Shown: positions 10,493 to 20,558, counted from the stretch's first letter. The stretch: DNA of 64,000 nucleotides from an uncultured Verrucomicrobiae bacterium (GCA_963788655.1 CAWBHS010000011.1:1-64000); one strand, 5' to 3'. Notes: a model not told the origin generated them from the sequence alone. A program made the numbers and translations.

Positions 10493-12214
10493 ATGTGCGG
10501 CATCGCCGGAATAATTAGTCAGGAAGAAAGCGACTTGGGTGCTCCCTTGAAGCGGATGCTCGGGACCATGGAACACCGCGGACCGGATGGTGCCGGATTT
10601 ATGGTGGGTAATTTAATCCAGCATGGAAACAGTCTGCAGGAACTGGATTTTGACGGCAAAGTGGGACGCGTCGCCTTGGGACACGTGCGCCTGGCGATTA
10701 CCGGCACGTCCACCGCCCTCCAACCCTTCCAAAGCCGCGACGGACGATTGACCCTGTTGCACAACGGGGAGATTTACAATTACCGTGAACTTGGTTCACA
10801 GACGCCCGGTCTTACCCCCCAGTCCGTGGGCAGTGACAGCGAGATCGTCCTGCGGGAATTGGAGCAGGAATACGACGGGGATCTCAAGGCAGCGGTCTTG
10901 CGCATCCTGCCCCGCCTGGATGGCGTGTATGCGTTGGCGATCACGGACCAAACACAAACCGTGGTCGTGCGGGACCGAATCGGCGTGCGCCAATTGTATT
11001 ACGCCCGGCAAAATGGCCACCTGGCCTTCGCCTCGGAAAAGAAGCCGCTGTGGGAACTGTGCGGTCGCGCGGCCGACGTCCGGCGCGTGGAGCCGGGCCA
11101 CCTGTTGGCCGTGGATCACCGGGGCGACAGCGTCCAGTCGTTCTGGCAGCCGGAACAACTGCGATCCGAAACGGTGATCACCGATCCGGAGCAGGCGTTG
11201 GCGAGTTATGATCAAGCCATCCGCTCGGCCATCGAGAAACGGATTCGCGGTCGTCAGCGCGTGGGTATTATTTTTTCGGGCGGCATTGACAGTGTGTTGG
11301 TCGCCCATCTGGTGCGTGAAGCCGGCGTGCCGTTCACCTGCTACACCGTGGGATGCGGCGAGCAGGCCGAGGATCTGGTGTGGGCCCGCGCAGTGGCAGG
11401 CCGCCTGGGCTTCCCCTTGGAAGCAACCATCCTGAAACCAGCGGACGTAGAGAAGCTGATCCCGGAAATCATCCGTGACATTGAAGACCACAGCCTGAAC
11501 CAAGTGGAAGTGGCCGTGCCGATCTACATCGCCAATCGGATGGCCCAGGAGGCCGGGGAACGCGTGCTGCTCACCGGTCAAGGGGCCGACGAGCTGTTTG
11601 GCGGCTACCCATGGTATTCGCGCGTGGCGGCCGCGGATGGATACGGAGAATTTGTGCGGCGGTCCTGGGAGGATACCTGCCTGCTCTACAAGGAATGCCT
11701 CGAACGCGAGGACAAAATTTCCATGGCCCATAGCATGGAATTGCGCGTGCCGTTCCTGGATCCAGAGGTCATCCGCGTGGCGTTTCAAATCGCACCAGAA
11801 TTGAAGATCCACAAGGGGGAGGATCCGTTGGGCAAACACATTCATCGCCTTTACTGCCGGGCCGTGGGAATACCGGATGACATCGCGAACCGCGTCAAAG
11901 CCGCCGCCCAACATGGCGCCAATGTCCATGATACCATCGAAAGTCTGGTCCGCCGGCAGTCTCCCGAGGCCACGGCCTTGCGGGGGGCTGCTTATGATCC
12001 GGACCGGTCGGTGACCGAAAAACTGGGGAGTTCCTCGCGGTATGGGTACCGCTACGGCGACGCGCAATTATGGAAACCCAATGCGGCGGTCCAATTCTAC
12101 CTGGATTCGCAGGCCGCCCGATTGGGCATGCTGCCGACGGCCGTGCAACATCACTGGCAGGAGGTCAACCAACGATTGAACCCAGCACCCAAAGCTTCCG
12201 CGCCAAGAACATGA
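10493..12214 (+). CDS. asnB: AsnB-family glutamine-dependent amidotransferase (asparagine synthase-like)
   Basis: N-terminal MCGIAG (Ntn Cys), HRGPD, HNGEIYNY, SDSE, SGGIDS ATP loop, TGQGADELFGGY and RVPFLD. Its stop overlaps the mpgS start (ATGA 12211-12214). Confidence 0.92.
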   Translation: MCGIAGIISQEESDLGAPLKRMLGTMEHRGPDGAGFMVGNLIQHGNSLQELDFDGKVGRVALGHVRLAITGTSTALQPFQSRDGRLTLLHNGEIYNYRELGSQTPGLTPQSVGSDSEIVLRELEQEYDGDLKAAVLRILPRLDGVYALAITDQTQTVVVRDRIGVRQLYYARQNGHLAFASEKKPLWELCGRAADVRRVEPGHLLAVDHRGDSVQSFWQPEQLRSETVITDPEQALASYDQAIRSAIEKRIRGRQRVGIIFSGGIDSVLVAHLVREAGVPFTCYTVGCGEQAEDLVWARAVAGRLGFPLEATILKPADVEKLIPEIIRDIEDHSLNQVEVAVPIYIANRMAQEAGERVLLTGQGADELFGGYPWYSRVAAADGYGEFVRRSWEDTCLLYKECLEREDKISMAHSMELRVPFLDPEVIRVAFQIAPELKIHKGEDPLGKHIHRLYCRAVGIPDDIANRVKAAAQHGANVHDTIESLVRRQSPEATALRGAAYDPDRSVTEKLGSSSRYGYRYGDAQLWKPNAAVQFYLDSQAARLGMLPTAVQHHWQEVNQRLNPAPKASAPRT

Positions 12215-13407
12215 GACTCGAACGACCGAAAGAGATCGAGCGGTTCGGCGCAATTCGCTTTGGCGATTTGCAGAAGATTTTCGAGTTGGATTCCGGTCTG
12301 GCGACGAGCAGCCCGGTGGTCAACTCCGCCATCATGCAAGTAGGCAACAGCTCGCTGGCCGAGGTGCAGAAGCAAATGGCCATCATCGTGCCGGTGCGCA
12401 GCGAGCGCTTGAAACTGGTGGAAGGCGTGCTGTGCGGCATTCCGCATCCCTGCCTGATCATCGTCGTTTCCAACAGCCCGCGCCGGCCGGTGGACCGTTT
12501 TGCCATGGAAGAAGACGCCTTGCAGGAATTCTGCACCTTTACGGACAAACAAGCGGTGATCATTCACCAGAAGGATCCGCTGATTGCCAAGGCGTTCAAC
12601 CAGGTGGGCTATCGCGAGTTGCTCACCCCTCAGGGACAAGTGCGGGATGGTAAAGCAGAAGGCATGCTCATCGGCACGGCCTTGGCCCGGCTGGCGGGCA
12701 AGAAGTATATCGGCTTTGTCGATGCGGACAATTACTTCCCCGGCGCGGTCGAGGAATACGTCCGGGTGTATGCGTCGATTTTCGCGACGAGCGATTCGCC
12801 CTACACGATGGTGCGGATTGTCTGGCACAGCAAACCCAAGATCGAGGAATCCAAACTGTTCTTCCGCAAATGGGGGCGCACCTCCAACCGCACGAACACG
12901 TTTCTGAACAAGCTGCTGGCACATTATACGGGCTTTGAAACGGAAATTATCAAGACCGGCAACGCCGGCGAGCACGCCATGACCATGGACATGGCGCTGG
13001 CGCTGGACTATTCCTCCGGGTATTCGATCGAGCCCTTCCACATCATCAACTTGATCGAAAAGTTCGGCGGCGTGCTGGACTGTCCCCTGCCGGACGTGAT
13101 GAAGCACAAAGTCGAAGTGTACCAGGTGGAGTCGCGCAACCCGCACCTGCACGAAGCGGGCGATGACAGCCATATCCAATCGATGCACTATCAGGCCATG
13201 CAGGTGATTTACCATTCGCCGGTCTGCCAGGCACCGCTGAAGAAAGAACTGCACGAAGCAATGATCAAGGGCGGTTGTCTCAAGCCCAAAACCCCTCCCG
13301 ACCGGCCGCGGTATTTCCCGGCCTTGCGCACCATCGATTTCACCAAGTTTCGGAAGATTCTCGCCAAACATCCTCCTTTAAAACTGCTGTTCGCCAAACG
13401 ATCATGA
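12211..13407 (+). CDS. mpgS: Mannosyl-3-phosphoglycerate synthase (GT55)
   Basis: MRLERPKEIERFGAIRF..QKIFELDSG, GIPHPCLIIVVSNS, VRDGKAEGM, YIGFVDADNYFPGAV, TGNAGEHAMT, SGYSIEP and ESRNPHLHE match the MpgS family. Confidence 0.93.
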   Translation: MRLERPKEIERFGAIRFGDLQKIFELDSGLATSSPVVNSAIMQVGNSSLAEVQKQMAIIVPVRSERLKLVEGVLCGIPHPCLIIVVSNSPRRPVDRFAMEEDALQEFCTFTDKQAVIIHQKDPLIAKAFNQVGYRELLTPQGQVRDGKAEGMLIGTALARLAGKKYIGFVDADNYFPGAVEEYVRVYASIFATSDSPYTMVRIVWHSKPKIEESKLFFRKWGRTSNRTNTFLNKLLAHYTGFETEIIKTGNAGEHAMTMDMALALDYSSGYSIEPFHIINLIEKFGGVLDCPLPDVMKHKVEVYQVESRNPHLHEAGDDSHIQSMHYQAMQVIYHSPVCQAPLKKELHEAMIKGGCLKPKTPPDRPRYFPALRTIDFTKFRKILAKHPPLKLLFAKRS

Positions 13408-15056
13408 ACATCTTGGATTGGGGCGTCATTGTCGTGTACCTCGGAGGCATCGTGGCGCTGGCCTACTGGCTGGGACGCCAACAAGTTTCACTCCGTGATT
13501 ATTATCTGGCCGGCCAGCGCGTGCCCTGGTGGCAGTCGGGCGTGTCGATCATGGCCACGCAACTCGGCGCCATCAGCTTCGTGTCGGCGCCGGCGTTTGT
13601 CGCGCTGGCCAAGGGCGGCGGCTTGAAATGGCTCTGCTACGAGTTCGGGGTGCCACTCGGCTTGATCCTGGTCATGGCGGTCATCATGCCCGTCTTGCAT
13701 CGCGGACAACACATCAGCATCTACGAATACCTGGAGCAGCGCTTTGACCGGCGGGTCCGTCTGCTGGTGAGCGTGCTCTTCCAACTGGGGCGCGGCCTGG
13801 CCACCGCCGTGTCCGTGCTGGCGGGCGGTCTGATTCTGTCCACGGCGCTGGCCATTCCCACCCCGACCGCCATCGTGGTCGTGGGATTGGTGACGTTGGT
13901 CTATGACGTGCTCGGCGGCATGCGGGTGGTGATCCTGAGCGACGTGTTGCAAATGGTCATCATCGTGGCCGGAATTCTGGTGTGCGGCGGCGTGGCGTGG
14001 CATTGGGTAGGCTGGGATCAGGCTTGGCAGACCATGGAGGCAGGCCGGTTGCAGATTCTGGACTTTGGCCGGGCGGGATTGAGCGCGGAGGGCGAATATG
14101 CCTTCTGGCCCATGGTGCTTGGCGGAATGATTCTTTACGCCTCCTATTACGGTTGTGACCAAAGCCAGGCCCAACGCCAGCTCTCGGTGGGCAGCTTGAA
14201 GGACATTCGAAAATCACTGCTGTTCAATGCGCTGGGCCGGTTCCCCGTCGTGCTGATGTATTGCTTGATGGGGGTCCTGGTCGGGGCCATTTTTCTGACT
14301 CCGGAAGGTTTGGCCCAGGTCACCACCGCCACCGGGATGGATCATTCGGCGCTTGCCGAGACGTTGTCGCGCGATCCGGATCGCATGCTTCCGATGTTCA
14401 TCCTTTCCTTCCTGCCGCACGGGTTGATTGGTTTCTTGTTCGTGGCGGTCATGGCCGCGTTGATGTCCAGTCTGGATTCCGCGATCAACTCGCTCAGCGC
14501 TGTGACCATGCGCGACGTGTATCAGATCTATATCCGGCCCCACGCCGAAGAACGGCATTATTTCACAATGTCGAAAGTTTTCACCGCCGGCTGGGGATTG
14601 TTTTGCATTTTCGCGGCGCTGGGTTTTGCCACCCTCGGTGAAGCCACCCGCCACACGACGATTGTGTTGATTAACGCCGTCGGCAGTCTGCTCTACGGAC
14701 CCATTCTGGCGGCTTTTATCCTGGGCATCATGACCCGGAAAGTGAGCGCGAAAGCCGTCTTCCTCGGCGTGGTGGTCGGCATCCTCACCAATTTGTGTGC
14801 CTGGCAACTGACCGACATCTCCTGGTTGTGGTGGAATGTCATCGGTTTCCTGGCCTCGCTGTTGTTTGCCGGTCTGATTACCGCCATGACACAGGAAGCC
14901 ACAGCGCCCTCGTCGGCGACCGGCGCGGTGGCGGTCGCGCAGGCTGGCGGCCCGGGCTGGCGATCTGTTTACGCGCTGGTCGGCGTCTATTTCCTGGTGA
15001 TCGTGGGCGTTTGTCTGTGGTTGCAGGCCCAGGTTGTTTCGCCGGTCGCCGGATAG
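13404..15056 (+). CDS. Sodium:solute symporter (SSS family)
   Basis: About 13-14 hydrophobic segments. Motifs DYYLAG, SIMATQLGAISF, SIYEYLEQRF, GGMRVVILSDVLQ, YGCDQSQAQR and AALMSSLDSAINSLS. Start overlaps the mpgS stop (ATGA). Confidence 0.92.
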   Translation: MNILDWGVIVVYLGGIVALAYWLGRQQVSLRDYYLAGQRVPWWQSGVSIMATQLGAISFVSAPAFVALAKGGGLKWLCYEFGVPLGLILVMAVIMPVLHRGQHISIYEYLEQRFDRRVRLLVSVLFQLGRGLATAVSVLAGGLILSTALAIPTPTAIVVVGLVTLVYDVLGGMRVVILSDVLQMVIIVAGILVCGGVAWHWVGWDQAWQTMEAGRLQILDFGRAGLSAEGEYAFWPMVLGGMILYASYYGCDQSQAQRQLSVGSLKDIRKSLLFNALGRFPVVLMYCLMGVLVGAIFLTPEGLAQVTTATGMDHSALAETLSRDPDRMLPMFILSFLPHGLIGFLFVAVMAALMSSLDSAINSLSAVTMRDVYQIYIRPHAEERHYFTMSKVFTAGWGLFCIFAALGFATLGEATRHTTIVLINAVGSLLYGPILAAFILGIMTRKVSAKAVFLGVVVGILTNLCAWQLTDISWLWWNVIGFLASLLFAGLITAMTQEATAPSSATGAVAVAQAGGPGWRSVYALVGVYFLVIVGVCLWLQAQVVSPVAG

Positions 15057-15084
15057 CGTCACGTCAATCCGCGCCCCTCACTCC

Positions 15085-15909
15085 ATGCCTCGGTCGCGTT
15101 ACATCGTCATCACGGACCTCGACGGAACGTTGCTGGATCACCATACCTATTCCTACGCGGAGTCCCTGCCCGGACTGCGCCTCCTGCAGGAGCATCACAT
15201 CCCGATTGTTTTCTGCTCCGCCAAAACGCGGGCCGAACAAATTGTGTTACGTCAGGCACTCGGAGTGCGGGATCCGTTCATCGTGGAGAACGGTGGTGCC
15301 GTGGTTTGGGAGACGGGATATTTTCGCCAACCGCTCCCGGACGCGCGCATTCAAGGCAATTACCAACGGCTGGAGTTGGCGCGCCCTTATTCCGAAGTGC
15401 GGCGCGTCCTCGCCGAGGTTACCGCGGAACTGAATTTGCCGGTGCAGGGCTTTGGCGACCTGACGCCCGCGGAAGTGGCGCAGTGCGCGGATTTTGATTT
15501 GGAATCCGCTACTCGCGCGATGCAACGCGAATATGCCGAAACCGTGGTCACCCCCTTGGACGAGGCTGCCCGCGAGCGATTGCGCGCCGCGTTGTCGGGG
15601 CGAGGGGTGAATTTGATTGTCGGTGCCCGGTTCCTCTCCATTTCCACCGCCAACGACAAAGGCCGCGCCGCGCAAGCCCTCGCCGATATGTTCCGCGCCG
15701 AATGGAGCGAAGTAGTCACCGTGGGCCTTGGCGATAGTCACAACGACGCGCCCTTGCTCGAGGCGGTGGACCTGCCGTTGCTCGTGCAACGTCCGGACGG
15801 TACCTGGACCGACATGCCGGTGAACGGTCTCCGCAAGATCAACCACATCGGCCCCCGCGGGTGGACCCAGGCGGCGCGAATGCTGGTGGAGAAGATTCAG
15901 TCCGACTAG
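15085..15909 (+). CDS. mpgP: Mannosyl-3-phosphoglycerate phosphatase (HAD IIB)
   Basis: TDLDGTLLDH, CSAKTRAE, PFIVENGG, REYAE, DKGRA, GLGDSHNDAPLL and GPRGW, in the same operon as mpgS. Confidence 0.92.
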   Translation: MPRSRYIVITDLDGTLLDHHTYSYAESLPGLRLLQEHHIPIVFCSAKTRAEQIVLRQALGVRDPFIVENGGAVVWETGYFRQPLPDARIQGNYQRLELARPYSEVRRVLAEVTAELNLPVQGFGDLTPAEVAQCADFDLESATRAMQREYAETVVTPLDEAARERLRAALSGRGVNLIVGARFLSISTANDKGRAAQALADMFRAEWSEVVTVGLGDSHNDAPLLEAVDLPLLVQRPDGTWTDMPVNGLRKINHIGPRGWTQAARMLVEKIQSD

Positions 15910-15914
15910 CGCCC

Positions 15915-17984
15915 TTATCCAGCGAGCCGCGCTGAACCGCGAACTCCCGCCAATGTCTGGCGCCGGCGGGCGCGGTGCAGCAGTCGATCCAGCCAGCGGA
16001 GGTATTGCACGAAGAACGGCCGGGAAAGCGGCATCCGTACCGCCAATTGCCGCGTGATTTGCTGATGATGCCGACCGCCGTAGAGAAACGCTTTTCGTTC
16101 GTGCCGGTCCATGCGCTCGCGTTCCAGCATCATCCAATTGCGATGAACGGCCAGTTGGGTTTCCCGCAGCAATAGCTCCAAGGCCAGCGACGGCTTGCGG
16201 CTTTGGCGGAGATCAGCTTCCATCGCCAGCGAGGCGCATTCGAACAACAGCGGAATTCGCGACACTGGATGCCAACTAAATTGCGTGGGGCTGAGGTCCA
16301 CAATCCACGGTCGTCCCTCCGGGCTGATGATCCGCAAAAAATAGTGCAGATCAGGGGTCCATTGGACGCGGCAACGGTAACCCAACCCGGAGAACACTTG
16401 GTAACCCGCCACGCTCACCAGGTCGCATATCCGCGGGTAATCCTGCCAGGCCCCGCGCTTTTCCTGCACCAGTCGGTGGATGATTTCCGCGACTTGCCGC
16501 AGCCGGCGGTCAAAGTCCGCCTCTTGCACGGGCGTCAGCGACTCCAGCGCGCGGGCCTGCACGGCTGCGAGAACGTCAGCCGTAAAGACCGGCGGTCCGG
16601 ACGTAATGCGGTCCACCGTCAACTGGATGGAGCGAATTCCCGGATGCAAATACAATGTCTTCAACTGCGGATCGCGGGCGGCCGCTTGGGGGGAAATGAC
16701 CAGGACGGGCTGGTGCAATTCCGGTGGGGCTTTCAAAGGCGTCATGATGTCCGTAAGCGTGCTCCACGAAAAGTAGGACGCGCCCAAGCCTTTGCCCGTA
16801 AACGGATCGTAGTACTCCCAATACCCCTCGTTCTTCACCAACTGCTGACTTTTTTCGACGATTTTCGCGGCGATATCCAGGTAATCGTAATTCAGCAAGC
16901 CGCGGCTCAGCAGCCAATGCATGTTGATCCACACCGGCCCGCGCCAATAGCGGTAACGATCGAAGCCTGGCGTCCGAAACGAGGCGCTGGGCACACCCAG
17001 ATGGTAATAAAACTCGCGGCGGTCCATGAGATGTTCCACCAGCGATTCCGCCGTGGCGGCCGTGGCGGCTTCCGCGTAAAGCGGCATGAATCCACCGATG
17101 GTCTTGACCCGGATCGGCTGTCCGGATTCCAAGTCCCGTGAATAGAAAAACCCATCCTTGGGATGCCAGCAGTAGCGCCGCAAGGCCCGGCGGGTTTGCG
17201 TCGCCCAGGCCAGGAACTTCGCCTGGTCCGCCTGCCGGCCCAACACCCAGGCCAGTTTCGCCAAGTCCTGGTTCGCTTTCGCCCAAACGGAATTAAAAAG
17301 CACGTCGGCTACGCGAAACGGAGACCGGAGCATCATGGCCCGCTGATTCCACCGGGCCTGCTGGAAAACGCGAATGAGCCCCCAGTAGAACCGGTAGTAA
17401 TCATCCGTCGGCCGCTGCGCCAGCGGTACCCGCTTGGTGTCGGCCCGCGGTGGCGGCTCAAAGCCCGGTGGCAAATGCTCCCGCAAGAAGGTGTCTTTCA
17501 AGCCGTCAAACGCGGGACTGTTGTCCATCCCGCTTTCCCATGGATGCAAAATCGCCACCAACCCCGTGTCGTCCGGATCGCGCACCTTTTTCAACCAACG
17601 ATGAAAGTGGACAATCTGCGGGTAGGCCCGTTTCAGGAACGCACGGTTGCCGGTCTTTTGAAAGACCAACTTGGCCGCCGGCGCCACCATCGGAGTCTGG
17701 GTGATGCCCGAATGCGGACCGCCGGTCTGCCAATCCGCCGGATTCGGGCGGTAACGGCTTGCGTCCACATGCGGGTTGAACGTGATATGTGGGATCATGC
17801 CATCCGGTTGCTGCGTCGCGAGCAGTGCGTCCATTTCGCGAAAGGCCAGTTCCGGCCGCAGATGCGCCAGCACGATGGCGTGGAAGCAGGCATCCCACAA
17901 CCAGAGGTGCGGATATTGCCCGGCGGAGGGCACGATGAAGCTTTGCGTACTATTGAATTCCAGCAAGTCTAAGGGCGACCACAT
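15915..17984 (-). CDS. GH63 mannosylglycerate/glucosylglycerate hydrolase-like protein with a ~270-aa C-terminal extension
   Basis: YPHLWLWDACFHAI, GMIPHI, SGITQTP, HPWESGMDNSP, YWRGPVWINMHW and EYYDPFTGKGLGASYFSWS. The extra C-terminal domain contains CDLVS...HYFL...IVDLSPTQF. Confidence 0.88.
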   Translation of the reverse strand: MWSPLDLLEFNSTQSFIVPSAGQYPHLWLWDACFHAIVLAHLRPELAFREMDALLATQQPDGMIPHITFNPHVDASRYRPNPADWQTGGPHSGITQTPMVAPAAKLVFQKTGNRAFLKRAYPQIVHFHRWLKKVRDPDDTGLVAILHPWESGMDNSPAFDGLKDTFLREHLPPGFEPPPRADTKRVPLAQRPTDDYYRFYWGLIRVFQQARWNQRAMMLRSPFRVADVLFNSVWAKANQDLAKLAWVLGRQADQAKFLAWATQTRRALRRYCWHPKDGFFYSRDLESGQPIRVKTIGGFMPLYAEAATAATAESLVEHLMDRREFYYHLGVPSASFRTPGFDRYRYWRGPVWINMHWLLSRGLLNYDYLDIAAKIVEKSQQLVKNEGYWEYYDPFTGKGLGASYFSWSTLTDIMTPLKAPPELHQPVLVISPQAAARDPQLKTLYLHPGIRSIQLTVDRITSGPPVFTADVLAAVQARALESLTPVQEADFDRRLRQVAEIIHRLVQEKRGAWQDYPRICDLVSVAGYQVFSGLGYRCRVQWTPDLHYFLRIISPEGRPWIVDLSPTQFSWHPVSRIPLLFECASLAMEADLRQSRKPSLALELLLRETQLAVHRNWMMLERERMDRHERKAFLYGGRHHQQITRQLAVRMPLSRPFFVQYLRWLDRLLHRARRRQTLAGVRGSARLAG

Positions 17985-18046
17985 GAAGCCAACCTTCCAA
18001 ATTTTTCCTGGGACGACAAGTACAGGATACCGATGGTCAGTATTTC

Positions 18047-18336
18047 GGTGAAGGCGGCATGGGCGTGGTCTATACGGCCGAACCAGAGCGCCCGGTCCGC
18101 CGCCGCATCGCTCTCAAGATCATCAAATTGGGCCTGGACACCCGCCAGGCCATCGCGCGGCCCGAGCCGGCGTCCTGGCCTGGCACCAGGCTGAGGCTGT
18201 CGAAGCCGAAGCCAATCGCCATTGGTTCGCCGCCGTCCACCAACTCAAACATCGGTTGCAACGCGAACCGAACAATTCGATTTTGCGGGACCGGCTCGCT
18301 CGCGCCCAAGCCGCGCTGGCCGAACAATCTCAATAA
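18047..18336 (+). pseudogene. Internally deleted Ser/Thr protein kinase gene remnant
   Basis: GEGGMGVVYTAEPERPVRRRIALKIIKLGLDTRQAIAR (kinase subdomains I-II) is joined out of frame to VLAWHQAEAVEAEANRHWFAAVHQLKHRLQREPNNSILRDRLARAQAAL*, a TPR-like tail. Confidence 0.75.
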
Positions 18337-18402
18337 GAAAGCGCCGTGATCTCATTTAAACGTTGCCGTGGACGCGCCTTCGTGACATGAGGTGAGCAGG
18401 AA

Positions 18403-20558
18403 ATGAACGACATTAAAGCGAAAGTCCTGCACCTGCTCGGGCAGCGGGATTATGTGCCCCTTAACGTTCCGGAGTTGCTGCGCCGGCTTCGCTTGGGGCC
18501 TCAGGGCCAACAGGAACTCCAACTGGTGCTGCGCGAACTGGCGCAGACCGGCCGCATCGCCCGCATCAAGGGCAACCGCTACATCCAGCCACGTGAAGCC
18601 GATCTCGTTCCCGGGCGAATTCGCATGAACCGCCAGGGCAAAGGCTTTCTCCAGCCGGATGATCCTGACTTGAAGGAAATCGTCATCCCGGAGAGCGCCA
18701 CGTCCACCGCCTTGCACGAAGACCGGGTGTTGGTGCGGTTGGATGTACGGCCCCAGGGGCTGCGACCAGAGTCGCGAGCGCCGTCCACCGGCACCGTTGT
18801 TCGCATCCTGGAACGTCGGCGCACGCGGATCGTCGGCACGCTGCAGCGCAGCCGGCAATTCCTCTTCGTGGTTCCCGACGATCCGCGCATTCCGCACGAC
18901 ATTTATGTTCTGCCGCGTCGCCCGGCCGGCCGGCCGGCGAACGTCGGGGACAAGGTGGTGGTCGGCTTGCGTGAATGGGAGTCGCGGCACACCAATCCGG
19001 AGGGCGAAATTCTCGAAGTGCTGGGTTCGCCGGATGAACCAGGCGTGGACATGAACTCGGTGCTGCGCCAATACGGCTTGCCCCTCCAGTTCCCCAAGAA
19101 CGCGCGGCACGAGGCGCGGTCCCTGGGGACGGCCATTACCCCGCACGATCTCCAGGGCCGGGTCGATTGCCGCCGACGCCGGGTTCTCACGATTGATCCG
19201 GACGACGCGAAGGATTTCGACGATGCCATTGGCTTGGAACGAGCCGGGCAAAATCAATGGCGACTGTGGGTCCACATCGCGGACGTGTCCCACTACGTCA
19301 AACCCGGCAGCGCACTCGATGTCGAAGCGCGCCAGCGCGGCAACTCGACCTATCTCGTGGACCGCGTCATTCCCATGCTTCCGGAGGAATTGAGTAACGA
19401 ACTCTGCTCGCTCAAGCCCGAAGTGGACCGCCTCACGAAATGTGTCGAGTTCCTCCTCGCACCTGACGGCCGGGTGTTGCGGACGAAGTTCTACGCGGCG
19501 GTGATTCATTCGCGGCGCCGACTGACGTACGCCGAAGCCCTCGGTATTCTGCAACGCAAACCCACCGGCCCGCTCGACGAGATGCTGCACCAGGCGCACG
19601 CCCTGGCTCAGCGCCTCCGCCGCGCCCGTTTCAAGGCTGGTGCGCTCGCGCTCGATTTTCCGGAAATGAAGATTCGGTTGGACCAGCAGGGACGCGTGGA
19701 CCGCATCGAGAAAGTGGAGAACGACGTGTCGCACCAACTCATCGAGGAATTCATGCTGCTGGCCAACGAGGCGGTGGCCGCCCGGTGATTGGCGCTGCGC
19801 CGACCGGCGGTGTATCGCGTTCATGAGGCACCCGACGAAGCCCGGCTGGAGGAATATCGCCAGGAGGTTTTGAGCCATAACGTGCCCTGCGGCAATCTCC
19901 GTCACCGGGCCGAAGTGCAACGGTTGCTGCACAAGCTCGACACGTCTGCCCATCGGGGCGGCGCTCAAGATCGGCTTTCTCAAATCGCTGCATGCGGGCC
20001 CGCTACGCGGTGGAACCGCTCGGCCATTATGGACTGGCCAAGACGAAATACACGCACTTCACCTCGCCCATCCGCCGTTACGCCGACCTCGTGGTGCATC
20101 GCGCGCTGTTCGACCGAACCGCCGCCTCGACTTCGGCGCTCAAGGAAACCGCCGAACACATCTCGGTGACGGAACGCAACTCCGCCGACGCCGAGCGCGA
20201 CAGCAAGGACGTGAAGCTCTTGGCGTTTCTCGAGGGCCAGCTTCGCTCCGGCCGGCCGCAGCCGTATCCGGCGCTGGTGACGGATATGCGCAACTTCGGC
20301 TTCTTCGTGGACGTGCCCGGATTGGCCATGAGCGGTCTGGTGCCGCTCTCGGCGCTGGAGGACGATTTTTACGTGTTCGACACAGCACGCAACCAACTCG
20401 TCGGCCGCCGGACCCGCCACGTGATCCGACTCGGCGACCGGGTGACAGTTCAGGTGTTCAAAGTGAATCCGTTCAAGAAACAAGTGGATTTCCAACTGGC
20501 TCCCGACCGCCCACCCGCCCGTCGCCGAGCCGTTCGCGCCCGAAAGGAACGTCATTGA
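18403..20558 (+). CDS. rnr: Ribonuclease R (interrupted by TGA at 19786-19788 and indels near 19945 and 19990, probably assembly errors)
   Basis: Cold-shock domains, [58 protein letters not shown] and a C-terminal S1 domain, spread over ORFs 18403-19788, 19789-20169 and 19992-20558. Confidence 0.92.

Noticed and set aside
19786..19788. In-frame TGA in rnr as selenocysteine or an alternative genetic code
   Set aside because: TGA is a normal stop elsewhere in the window (asnB, mpgS, rnr end). The site is not a Cys position, and nearby indels point to local sequence error.
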